Shown: positions 40,356-48,656 of the stretch, in pieces
Layout of the letters: the number at the start of each line of letters is the position of its first letter
Position numbering within the stretch: position 1 is the stretch's first letter
Source of the DNA: an uncultured Woeseiaceae bacterium
GTDB lineage: Bacteria > Pseudomonadota > Gammaproteobacteria > Steroidobacterales > Woeseiaceae
Length of the DNA: 64,000 bases
Assembly (NCBI GenBank): GCA_963976215.1
Contig: CAXBJV010000014.1
Span: 6,158 to 70,157, forward strand
Reading direction: 5' to 3'
The notes under the pieces: model-generated
What the model saw: the letters and a program-made list of their open reading frames with translations, nothing else
Database searches by the model: none
Told to the model about the DNA's origin: nothing
Program-made: the position numbers and the translations under genes

Positions 40356-41963
40356 CTATTGCTCCCAGCGCACACCCAGGTTGTACTGGTAGCGTTCAAA
40401 CTGGATACGCGGATCGTTGGATACCGTTTCCCGGTAGCGGCCTTCAGCGACCAGGCTCAAATGGCGCGTCATCTGGAATTCTGCTGTCAGGCTGATCTCC
40501 GCCGATTCGTGTGTCTTGCGCGGGGAGTTCGGGTTATTGAAGGCGAATGCATTCGGGTAGTCGTAAAGGTGGTAGATGCCACGGGCCTCGAATTCGAAGC
40601 GCTCGCCCGGGTCCCAGTGAATTTCCACGCCGGCGCTGTCGCGCGTGTAGTCGTAGTAGCCGACATACTGATCGATGCGCTCGGTGCGTTGTGCGTCGAA
40701 GCCAAACCAGAGGCTGCCGAAAATACGCTGCCGTGCCGTTAACTCCAGCGCATAATAGTCATAGCGAATATTGGGATTGCCCTGGCGCGGCGTGCCGTCG
40801 AGGTCATAGGCCACGCGATCGCCAAAGCGGCGGCTGTACCCTTCCGCGGTAATGCGAAACAGCGACGACGATGTAAATTTGTACTGTCCATACAGCCGCA
40901 ACAGGAAATACTCGTGATCGTATTCAGGCACGAGGTCCTGTGATTCGTAATTCCACAGCTGCCCCTTGATCGTTGCGCCGATGGCGAGACGTTCGTGCGA
41001 TTGTCGCAGTCGCAGTTCCGGTCCATAGCGCAGGTAGTTCAGCCGGTCGTCGAGCAGCATGCCATTGAAGTCGCGCGTGGTACCGTCGTCCGGATCGAAA
41101 TAGGTTTCCACGTGTTGCGATATCGTGAAGGCACTGCGCACCTGGCGCTCTCGGCTACCTTCCTTGCGCTGATACTCGCTACCGAAACTCGCCTCATGCT
41201 GATACTCGTTGGCGTTCTCCAGTTCCTTGTCCTGGTAATAACGACCAGCAAGTCGGTAGCGAACATAAAACCCCTCGAACTTGAGGCTGTTGATCAGGTA
41301 TTTGGCATTCAGGCTGACCGGAATAAAGGCACCCGACTGTACGACAGGAACCACTGTTGGCGCGGCCGGATCGGACTGGTCGGTATACGGGTCTTCAGGC
41401 GAACGAAACACGTTGTCGTCGGTGCCAAACCCGACACGAATGCGAAACTGTAAGTCGGCGAACTTGCGTTTTTCTTCGCGCTCGGCAACGCGAATCTCGA
41501 AGTCGTCCAACTGCGCCTGTTCAGCGCGAATTCGGTCGATCGCAACAACGGCATACGATTGAATCTTCTCGCTGCGGTTCTGGTCGCGCGCCAGGCGAAA
41601 CCAGCGCAGTGCTTCTTCGATGTCACCAAGCGCGTAAGCATTGAGGCCGAGGTTGTATTGCGCGGTGATCTGCAGTGCCGGATCGTCAAGCGCCTGCAGC
41701 AGTTCGTCCCGCGCGCGAATGTGTTGACCGGCACGGTAATGCGCAACGCCCATGTTGTAATGCAGCGTCGGCGTATCCATGCCCTCTTCCTGCGCCTGTC
41801 GATAGCGCAGCAAGGCCGCCCAGTACAGGTCGTCACGAAACAAGCGGTTACCGTCGTCAAAATACTGGCTGGCCGTCATGGCATGTGCCGGTACGAGCGG
41901 CAGCAAACCGATGATTGCTGCCAGCAATGCCGGGCAAACCGTGCGATGAATCTTCTTGAGCAT
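40356..41963 (-). CDS. Outer-membrane protein: signal peptide + N-terminal TPR domain + C-terminal beta-barrel
   Basis: 535 aa. Signal peptide ending PAHA. TPR-like repeats at about residues 30-150 (YNMGVAHYRAG, AQYNLGLNAYALGD). The C-terminal ~360 aa show an alternating aromatic/polar beta-strand pattern ending YNLGVRWEQ. Confidence 0.7.
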   Translation of the reverse strand: MLKKIHRTVCPALLAAIIGLLPLVPAHAMTASQYFDDGNRLFRDDLYWAALLRYRQAQEEGMDTPTLHYNMGVAHYRAGQHIRARDELLQALDDPALQITAQYNLGLNAYALGDIEEALRWFRLARDQNRSEKIQSYAVVAIDRIRAEQAQLDDFEIRVAEREEKRKFADLQFRIRVGFGTDDNVFRSPEDPYTDQSDPAAPTVVPVVQSGAFIPVSLNAKYLINSLKFEGFYVRYRLAGRYYQDKELENANEYQHEASFGSEYQRKEGSRERQVRSAFTISQHVETYFDPDDGTTRDFNGMLLDDRLNYLRYGPELRLRQSHERLAIGATIKGQLWNYESQDLVPEYDHEYFLLRLYGQYKFTSSSLFRITAEGYSRRFGDRVAYDLDGTPRQGNPNIRYDYYALELTARQRIFGSLWFGFDAQRTERIDQYVGYYDYTRDSAGVEIHWDPGERFEFEARGIYHLYDYPNAFAFNNPNSPRKTHESAEISLTAEFQMTRHLSLVAEGRYRETVSNDPRIQFERYQYNLGVRWEQ

Positions 41964-42040
41964 TTGGGTGGAATCGGCTCGCGTTATGTCAGATTTGAAA
42001 GAGTACAGACTAAAGGGGTCATAAAACTATGACGTAGTCG

Positions 42041-42079
42041 AAAAAAATCCCCCCGAAAGGCTGGCAATCGGGAGGATTT
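42041..42079 (-). terminator. Intrinsic terminator after the polyacidic protein gene
   Basis: The minus-strand RNA is AAUCCUCCCGA-(11-nt loop)-UCGGGGGGAUU followed by a U-run. The stem is 11 bp with one mismatch. It begins 26 nt after the stop at 42105. Confidence 0.6.
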
Positions 42080-42104
42080 GAGGTTTCAGGCGGTTTGCGG
42101 GTGT

Positions 42105-42614
42105 TTAGTCGACCACGGCGCTGTCGTCATCATCGTCGTCGTCATCCTCATCCTCCATATCGTCATCCATGTCGTCGTCGTCATCTTCGACCGGGATGTC
42201 GTCTTCAATTTCGTCACCGTCTTCGAAGTCGTCGTCATTCTCGAGCTCATCTTCGTGCTCTTCTTCCTCTTCGTCACGATCGAAATCGTCCTCTTCATCG
42301 TCCTCGTCAACGAAGTCGTCCTCGTCCTCTTCCTCTTCTTCGTTACGGCGATCTTCATCGTCATCGATTTCGTCTTCGCCGCGGTCATTCTCGCGTTCTT
42401 CCTCTTGTTCCTCGTCGCGTTGCTCGTCTTCGTCGATGTCATCGTCGTCAGGGCCGCGCATCTCGGCAATTGCCTCGTCCAGATCATCGGCATCGTCAAC
42501 AATGATCATTGTGACGTCGAGGTCGTCCATGGCGTCATCCGCGTGCGCAAGGCCCGGGAAAAGTGCGAAACAGGTAAGCACCAGTGTTGCTGCAAAAATA
42601 GTAAGTTGTTTCAT
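42105..42614 (-). CDS. Secreted hyper-acidic (Asp/Glu-rich) low-complexity protein
   Basis: 169 aa. GGAG lies 8 nt upstream of the ATG. Signal peptide MKQLTIFAATLVLTCFALFPGLAHA. By my count the mature ~144 aa contain 96 D/E, 7 R and no K. The gene starts 12 nt after the anti-sigma candidate stop. Confidence 0.65.
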   Translation of the reverse strand: MKQLTIFAATLVLTCFALFPGLAHADDAMDDLDVTMIIVDDADDLDEAIAEMRGPDDDDIDEDEQRDEEQEEERENDRGEDEIDDDEDRRNEEEEEDEDDFVDEDDEEDDFDRDEEEEEHEDELENDDDFEDGDEIEDDIPVEDDDDDMDDDMEDEDDDDDDDDSAVVD

Positions 42615-42626
42615 CGTACTGCTCCG

Positions 42627-43163
42627 TTAACTGACGTCGATGCGCAGGCGAAAGGTCCGGCCGCGATCGTTGTGAACCAAAGTTGCAAAAACCTCACCGC
42701 CAACCGGCGATGTGGCTATCAATTTGAGTGGCAACAGATTCTTGCCTTCGCTCAGGCTGGTTTGCCACGTGACTTCGCGTTGTCCAGGAAATCCGGATAA
42801 CTCGATGCCATCGGGCAGGCTGACGGTGAGCGTTGCCGAATCGAGTGCTTGCGCCGATGCGAACACGAGCTTCACAGTTTGCGGTTCGGCAAGCGTCATC
42901 GTGATACCGGGTATTGCGGGCTCCGCTGTCGGCAGCTCCGGTGTAGCAAGAAAGACGATACTGATCATCCAGAGGGCCAGACCGGCCGCAACTGCCGTGC
43001 CAAAACCGGTCATCAACCAGCGGTTCCGCTGACGACGCGTGCCCTCGTGGGTTGCACGCACCAGTGCCTGGTCAAAAAAGCCTGCGTCTGCCTCGGGCAT
43101 CGGGTAGTCCTTTAGTAATGCCTGGATCGCCTGATCCTGTTTGTCGATGTCGTCGTTTCGCAT
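42627..43163 (-). CDS. Single-pass membrane protein, probable anti-sigma factor
   Basis: 178 aa with a ~50-aa cytoplasmic N-terminal segment, one TM segment (FGTAVAAGLALWMISIVFLA) and a ~105-aa periplasmic domain. It starts 30 nt after the ECF sigma gene. No HxxxCxxC motif is present. Confidence 0.6.
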   Translation of the reverse strand: MRNDDIDKQDQAIQALLKDYPMPEADAGFFDQALVRATHEGTRRQRNRWLMTGFGTAVAAGLALWMISIVFLATPELPTAEPAIPGITMTLAEPQTVKLVFASAQALDSATLTVSLPDGIELSGFPGQREVTWQTSLSEGKNLLPLKLIATSPVGGEVFATLVHNDRGRTFRLRIDVS

Positions 43164-43193
43164 TTTTCGTATCCTGCTTGTTCCCTTACACGA

Positions 43194-43736
43194 TCACAGG
43201 GATGAAAAGGTTCCGTCGGCCTGAAGAATTTCCCGCAGGCGGGCGCGGGCGCGGTGCAGCCGGGACTTGACAGTGCCGACCGGGATACCCATAAGTTTCT
43301 GAATTTCCGTGAGTTTATAGCCCTCGGTATCGTGCAGAAGCACAATAACGCGATGCTCGTCACTGAGTTGGGCGAGGGCCTTGTCGAGCATCTTGATGCG
43401 CTCAAGGCGTTGCTGGTCATGAACCGGATCGTCGCTGGCCGGAAAGCCGGCGATGCCGTCGTCCGATAATGCGCCTTCGTCCACCGTGCGCATTCGATGC
43501 CGGGCGAAGCGCCGCCGCTCATCGATAAACAGGTTGTACATCATGCGCGCCAGCCAGGAACCCGGCTCGTCAATGCGGACAAGGTCGTCGAGCTTGCCGT
43601 AGGCCTTGATCAAAAGCTCCTGAAACAGGTCCTCGGCCTCCGCCTTCTGTCCCGCCAGACGCCAGGCCAGGCGATACAGCCGCTCAAAATGCGGTCGCAC
43701 GAGAGTTTCAAACGTCTGTTGGCTGGAACGGGTCAT
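43194..43736 (-). CDS. ECF (group 4) sigma-70 family RNA polymerase sigma factor
   Basis: 180 aa. Region 2 (LFQELLIKAY, SWLARMMYNLFIDERRR) and region 4 (LTEIQKLMGIPVGTVKSRLHRAR) are recognisable. Confidence 0.9.
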   Translation of the reverse strand: MTRSSQQTFETLVRPHFERLYRLAWRLAGQKAEAEDLFQELLIKAYGKLDDLVRIDEPGSWLARMMYNLFIDERRRFARHRMRTVDEGALSDDGIAGFPASDDPVHDQQRLERIKMLDKALAQLSDEHRVIVLLHDTEGYKLTEIQKLMGIPVGTVKSRLHRARARLREILQADGTFSSL

Positions 43737-43826
43737 TGCAGACGCAGTGTAGAACGAATGACGGCTGGAGCAAGGAACGGGTTGGTAATCCGGAGATCGG
43801 TGGCGGCATTCAGCCGGGGTATTTGC

Positions 43827-44393
43827 CTAGCGCAGGAGTATCGGCACGCCCGCAAAATACGGATGCAAAAAGAACGCAATCGCGAATATCACGGCACTGA
43901 TTGCGAGCCCCCCGAGCTCGGCACCCGGCCCGGGGCTCACAACCGGTTCGGGGGCACCGTCACGCCGATTGATTAACACTATTTCGAGTGCGGCCCACAA
44001 ACCGAGACCGCCAAAAAGAACCCACGCTCGCATGGTGCCGTTGGTCAGCAGGTGACTCACCGACCAGGCAACGACGCCTGCCAGCATCGGATGGCTGATA
44101 AAACGGCGGATGCCCGTTTTGTAATGCGCCGCACCGAGCAGCGCAAAAGAAATCATCATTAAAACGAGCCCGGCGGGCCGAGACCAGGCTGGTAATGCAT
44201 AGATATAGACTTCCGGCGACGAGCGCCAGCCCATAACGATGAGGACCAGAGATGCGAGGATGGCCAAAGAAAAAACGCCGCGATAGCCCTTTTTCCCTAA
44301 CGTTCCGACCAGGCCTTGTTTCAATCCAGTGGCAAGCGACGGAATCAGGTGCACGCTGCACCAAAGTACAACTCCAATGATCAGTAGGCTCAT
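43827..44393 (-). CDS. NnrU family membrane protein
   Basis: 188 aa with five TM segments. N-terminus GVVLWCSVHLIPS. Confidence 0.75.
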   Translation of the reverse strand: MSLLIIGVVLWCSVHLIPSLATGLKQGLVGTLGKKGYRGVFSLAILASLVLIVMGWRSSPEVYIYALPAWSRPAGLVLMMISFALLGAAHYKTGIRRFISHPMLAGVVAWSVSHLLTNGTMRAWVLFGGLGLWAALEIVLINRRDGAPEPVVSPGPGAELGGLAISAVIFAIAFFLHPYFAGVPILLR

Positions 44394-44526
44394 AATTGTC
44401 TCGCCTTCTTTTCTGGTTTCGCTTGTGCTTGATTCGGGCTTGTCTTGCCTGCGACAAAATGCGGCATCGCGTACTGATACAATCGCATATTCTCAGATAA
44501 GAAGAAAACAAAAAAAGGAATTTTGA

Positions 44527-44913
44527 ATGACGAACAAAGAAATTGTCCAGGCCCTTTATCAAGACTTTGCAAACGGCGATGTTCCAGCTGTGGTCGCGAA
44601 GTTCGATGACAATATTTCATGGACCGAAGCCGACGGTTTCCCTCTCGCAGGTACTTATACAGGCCCGCAAGCGATTGTCGAAAACGTTTTCATGCGCCTT
44701 AGCGAGATCGGTGATGACTGGGGCGTTGTTGTCGACCGAATCGTTGCAGATGGCGACACCGTCATCGCCGACGGCAAATACACCTGGAACCACAAGGAGT
44801 CCGGTGATCCCTGCGAAGTAAGAATGGCACACGTGTGGACGTTGGCGGACGGTAAGGCGACTGCCTTTTTGCAACATGTCGACACTGCACGTGTTCGTGA
44901 ACTTACCCGGTAA
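44527..44913 (+). CDS. SnoaL-like / NTF2-fold (ketosteroid-isomerase-like) protein
   Basis: 128 aa: IVQALYQDFANGDVPAVVAKFDDNISWTEA. Confidence 0.75.
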   Translation: MTNKEIVQALYQDFANGDVPAVVAKFDDNISWTEADGFPLAGTYTGPQAIVENVFMRLSEIGDDWGVVVDRIVADGDTVIADGKYTWNHKESGDPCEVRMAHVWTLADGKATAFLQHVDTARVRELTR

Positions 44914-44944
44914 CAGGCGTTGACGTGATGTGGGCAAAGCGCTC

Positions 44945-45721
44945 TCAGGGGATTCTTGTGACGACAGTACCCGCAATTAAATCGTGAAGAGCACGGCGCT
45001 TCTTGCTAAACAACATCGTGACGATCTCAACAAGCCACCACGTCATCGCAACGATTCCCGTGCCCATCAGAATAATTTCTGCAGTCCTGGTCAGTTCACC
45101 GCTGTCTTCGGTTACACCAAAGCCGAGAAAGTAGAATAAAGAAATGCAGGCAAACAACACGGGCACTATATCTCGGAGGACAGACTGTTTTAGCGTAATT
45201 TCCCGGGACTCAGACTTGTCCCAAACCTTGACGTGCGTTGCCATTTTGCCAACGGTTTGACCGTAATTGGCGTGCATGGCGATATAGTAAATTAGTACGA
45301 CGAACTGGCTGACCTGATCGACATAAGCTTTGGCAGCGGGTCGGAGAATATCCGCGCCATGCAACACGGACAGAATCACGACCAGAGGCAAGCCGACGAC
45401 AAACCCGTCAATAAAATGTGCCCAGAACCGCCGCCAGAACGTTCGATATTTATTCTCTTCCGTTACTTCGAACGGCCTCAATAGCGTGAATCCACCGAGC
45501 TTTTCTATTTCTCCAAGCAAGCGCTCGGCATACTCGGGGTGTTTCTGCTTGTCGAGTACGAAGTAACAATCCTCAAGTTCGACGACTGACCTCGGCTCCC
45601 TTTTCAGGAGCTCACTCTGCAGGGCGTCGAATACGTGTGGATACAGGTCACCTCGTATCGAGTTGAGGACGTGATATAGCTCAACGAGAGAATAGTCCGC
45701 GTAGTTGGGTATCTTGACCAA
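44945..45721 (-). CDS. RDD family membrane protein with an extra N-terminal soluble domain
   Basis: 258 aa. The RDD-type core starts at RRFWAHFIDGFVV and ends with RRALHDLIAGTVV. The TTG start abuts the upstream stop (TAATTG). Confidence 0.75.
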   Translation of the reverse strand: MVKIPNYADYSLVELYHVLNSIRGDLYPHVFDALQSELLKREPRSVVELEDCYFVLDKQKHPEYAERLLGEIEKLGGFTLLRPFEVTEENKYRTFWRRFWAHFIDGFVVGLPLVVILSVLHGADILRPAAKAYVDQVSQFVVLIYYIAMHANYGQTVGKMATHVKVWDKSESREITLKQSVLRDIVPVLFACISLFYFLGFGVTEDSGELTRTAEIILMGTGIVAMTWWLVEIVTMLFSKKRRALHDLIAGTVVTRIP

Positions 45722-46933
45722 TTATTCGACCTTGCGAATGACCACGCGTCGATTGAGGGCGCGACCCTGGGGAGAGTCGTTGTCGGCTTCGGGCTGGCTT
45801 TCGCCTTTGCCAATGGTTTCGATTCGGTCAGCTTCGATGCCTTTGTCGATCAACCAGGACTTAACGGACTCTGCTCGTCCCGCTGACAGCTCCATGTTGT
45901 ATTCGTCCGCACCCTGGGCATCGGTATGGCCTTCGATCAGGATTCGCCATGTCGGCTCTGTCGTCAACGCATCGAGCAGAGCATCCAGTGTTTGCCTGGA
46001 GTCGGCCCGCAATTTTGCTGAGTCGAGATCAAAGCGAATGCCGTAAAGCGTTGCTGTGCCGCCTTGCTTGATGGCGGAGGTCACCAGGTTGGTTTGACCG
46101 GTCTGGCACACCGGCTCACGACCGTCCGTAACCAGTGGGCCGCGCCAAACGCCCATCAAGCGGCCACCTTCATACCAAAGACCATTCAGGAAAGTCGCGT
46201 CTTCGGTTAGCACCATTACCGCTGAGCCTACCTGCGGACCATCTTCACGCCATTCGAACCGAATCACACGGCCATCGGTGTCACCGCTTAACGTACCGTT
46301 GTCATGGTCATAGCAGCCTTCAACGGACCGCCCGGTCTGCACGATTCGCATCAGGTTGTAGTTTGTTGCGAACACGCCGGAAAGATTCTTTTTCTCCCCG
46401 GATGCGAGACGTTCGCCGTATGCCTCAAGCTCCATAATCTCGGTGTACTTGGGTGCGCCCCAGTTGTCCGCTACATGCAGCCGTAGCCACCGCACCGGCT
46501 CATCATGCTCGACAGCGAATTCCGTCCGGGTTTCGTCACCGGCTTGACCGGAAACAAGCTCGCGGTAGCCGTCCCCGGCAGACGTCGCCGACCCATACAG
46601 CGTGAAATTCCTGGCCCCGCGACGCTTGCCATCTATTCCGTTGGTGTCAATGACAAAGCTTGAAAGCCGGGTTGGGTCGGCGAGCTCTATGGTGATTTCA
46701 TTGTCGGCGATTGCGCCGGACTTTGTCGCCCAGCCGGTCTTCGTGGTGCCATCGATCAGCGCCAGGCCTCCCCAGGACGATGCATTGTATTCACTCGTTA
46801 CGTTCAGCACGATCGCGCCACTAACCAGGTCGAGCACGTCGTCCGCCGGCTGTTCCGGGGCCTCAGGTGCTTGCGCGATCGCGGTGTGGCAACACACGCT
46901 GAGCTGTAGAATCGCAAACCAGAATAAACGCAT
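45722..46933 (-). CDS. Secreted discoidin (F5/8 type C)-like domain + OmpA C-terminal peptidoglycan-binding domain protein
   Basis: The start at 46933 (MRLFWFAILQL) has a GGAGGA Shine-Dalgarno 7 nt upstream. The C-terminus LIEGHTDAQGADEYNMELSAGRAESV...NRRVVI is OmpA_C-like. Confidence 0.8.
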   Translation of the reverse strand: MRLFWFAILQLSVCCHTAIAQAPEAPEQPADDVLDLVSGAIVLNVTSEYNASSWGGLALIDGTTKTGWATKSGAIADNEITIELADPTRLSSFVIDTNGIDGKRRGARNFTLYGSATSAGDGYRELVSGQAGDETRTEFAVEHDEPVRWLRLHVADNWGAPKYTEIMELEAYGERLASGEKKNLSGVFATNYNLMRIVQTGRSVEGCYDHDNGTLSGDTDGRVIRFEWREDGPQVGSAVMVLTEDATFLNGLWYEGGRLMGVWRGPLVTDGREPVCQTGQTNLVTSAIKQGGTATLYGIRFDLDSAKLRADSRQTLDALLDALTTEPTWRILIEGHTDAQGADEYNMELSAGRAESVKSWLIDKGIEADRIETIGKGESQPEADNDSPQGRALNRRVVIRKVE

Positions 46934-47033
46934 CGATTTTTCCTCCATTAATTGCCGGGCCAGATCAGATAAATGCCACCCATTTAGTTAGCAATGGCGG
47001 TGAGCCCAAGAATTGCATCAGCCCGTATGCGCA

Positions 47034-47552
47034 CTAGACGATAATTCCGCCGGGTTCAATTTGAAAGGATTCAAATGAATTCTGAGACTCTATTAAACGC
47101 ATAGTAAGTCCGCCATCAAACACAATATCAAGCCGGCGAGGTGGATGAACAGCTGTTGCAACGATTTCCCGACCTAGCAACGAAACCAATGCCGTCGATT
47201 CGAGGTGCACATCTGAGCGCCATGATTCAAGCAAATTGCCCGAGGCGTCATAAAGCTCGACAGAGCTATCGACATGAATGGAACCGCTGTCGGAAAGCTT
47301 TATCTGGAGCTGATGTTTGCCAAGTGCAACTTGCTGGACGCATAACCCAATCAGCGCGGACAAATCCAGATTTCTGGTGACACCGTCCAATGTGCTGCCT
47401 AACGTCGAGGAAATCAGAGCCAAGTATCTGGCGCGCCTCAATGTAAAGCAAGCGAGAGTAAGCGAGCTGACGTTATTGCCGCCTGAACACAGTCTGGACG
47501 CTATTAGCGTCACCAGAAAAATCTGCACTGTATTCGCTGGGTACAGCCACAC
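47034..47552 (-). CDS. Hypothetical protein (start uncertain)
   Basis: 172-aa ORF with a GTG start in the lowest-GC part of the window. Only the C-terminal ~100 aa look protein-like (beta-rich, ends ESFQIEPGGIIV). Confidence 0.35.
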   Translation of the reverse strand: MWLYPANTVQIFLVTLIASRLCSGGNNVSSLTLACFTLRRARYLALISSTLGSTLDGVTRNLDLSALIGLCVQQVALGKHQLQIKLSDSGSIHVDSSVELYDASGNLLESWRSDVHLESTALVSLLGREIVATAVHPPRRLDIVFDGGLTMRLIESQNSFESFQIEPGGIIV

Positions 47553-47744
47553 TGTTGTGACCAGCTGACTGACTGACCCATAGGTACCAAATGCACCATA
47601 GAGAATCAGAGTCCAGGCAAGGACTGCAATAAACGTGCTCCGGTTCTAGCAGGTTATAGCGACCAGTGATCCCCCACTATTGCGAATGTAAGAATGGAGA
47701 CGGGAGTGTCTGCAACTGCAACGCATTGATTTGTGGCTGGACGA

Positions 47745-48656
47745 TCACTCGCTCGCAGTTGCGAAGATTTCAGCGATCTCGTCCGAAACCATGCGAATCT
47801 CCGGAATGTCTTTTCGCAAAGCAAGATGCCCCTCGTCAAAAATCTCGTACTGATCATCGACGCTAATTGGATCGCCGTAGTTGACGGTGAGGAATTCACG
47901 AAGACGCGGTATGTCGCCGGTGTCAAACATCAACCAAACCTGCTGCAGGGTTTCGTCGCCAAAGACGAACTCAAGCTTGCGGGGGTATCCGGCAATCTCA
48001 TAGCCGTAGCAGTCGATCTGGAATTGCGCCGCCGGTGCCGTCGCCAGCCATATCTTGTCGACCGAGCGTCCCACGGCAAGGGCGCAGGCTTCATTCAGAA
48101 TTTCCGTCATCTCGGCAAGTGAGTTTCCGAAGACGATTTCAGGTGGCAGGAAGAACTCAGTATTGGTCGGGCTGATGGTATCCGATGTCCAGGCCGGATT
48201 ATCCCAATGGAAGGCAAGCGGGACGATCGGGAACTCGCCAAACACAGCAGACTGCCCGGTTTCCGGGTTCACGATAATCCGATGCGGCATGTAGACATCA
48301 AAGTCTTCGAATTGTGCAACCGGTTCTGCTTCTGGGCGGAGGTTGTCGGCCTGACCGCGAGTGTGGATCAAAACCAGCTTGTCATCGGCGAATGTGAATA
48401 TGGCACCGCCGCCGGCACGGCCGTCCGCGAGCGTCAAAGCGGCACAGCGAAGGTGAACCTCTGACTCGCTGGCTGCGGGGAATTGGGTGGGCGCTACTTC
48501 TATTCGTGCAACGCCACCGCAGGCAGCATCGATGGCCGCGGTGGCGACACCTTCCGATTGGCCCATTTCCAGTCCTTCGATGGGTATTTCCTGTGCTCGA
48601 GCAATGCCTAGAGCGACAAGGCCCAGCATAGCGACCGGCAGAAAGTGTTTTATCAC
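47745..48656 (-). CDS. Secreted hypothetical protein with an internal two-fold duplication
   Basis: 303 aa with a GTG start and a GGAGA Shine-Dalgarno. Signal peptide ending IARA. Residues ~32-99 and ~177-246 share the pattern G.S....I..AC...QF...C...F.F.D..L. Confidence 0.6.
   Translation of the reverse strand: MIKHFLPVAMLGLVALGIARAQEIPIEGLEMGQSEGVATAAIDAACGGVARIEVAPTQFPAASESEVHLRCAALTLADGRAGGGAIFTFADDKLVLIHTRGQADNLRPEAEPVAQFEDFDVYMPHRIIVNPETGQSAVFGEFPIVPLAFHWDNPAWTSDTISPTNTEFFLPPEIVFGNSLAEMTEILNEACALAVGRSVDKIWLATAPAAQFQIDCYGYEIAGYPRKLEFVFGDETLQQVWLMFDTGDIPRLREFLTVNYGDPISVDDQYEIFDEGHLALRKDIPEIRMVSDEIAEIFATASE

Noticed and set aside
42078-42800. Long plus-strand ORFs (42078-42800, 42095-42505, 42169-42630) and the minus-strand ORF 42086-42502, all across the acidic-repeat DNA. 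One of them is a poly-Ser translation.
   Set aside because: These are shadow frames created by about 400 bp of GAN-codon periodicity. None has an SD site, a signal peptide or operon context. The 42105-42614 minus frame has all three.
41964-43826. I looked for a shared ECF-type promoter (AAC-N16/17-CGT) upstream of both the sigma gene and the TPR/barrel OMP gene.
   Set aside because: Only a weak CCAAC-N17-CGTC candidate lies upstream of the sigma gene (about 43755-43785). There is no convincing counterpart upstream of the OMP gene, so I make no promoter call.
47553-47744. CTGACTGACTGAC micro-repeat and short ORFs in the 192-nt gap between the two hypothetical genes.
   Set aside because: It is only three 4-nt units. 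No ORF there has a start context or a plausible product.
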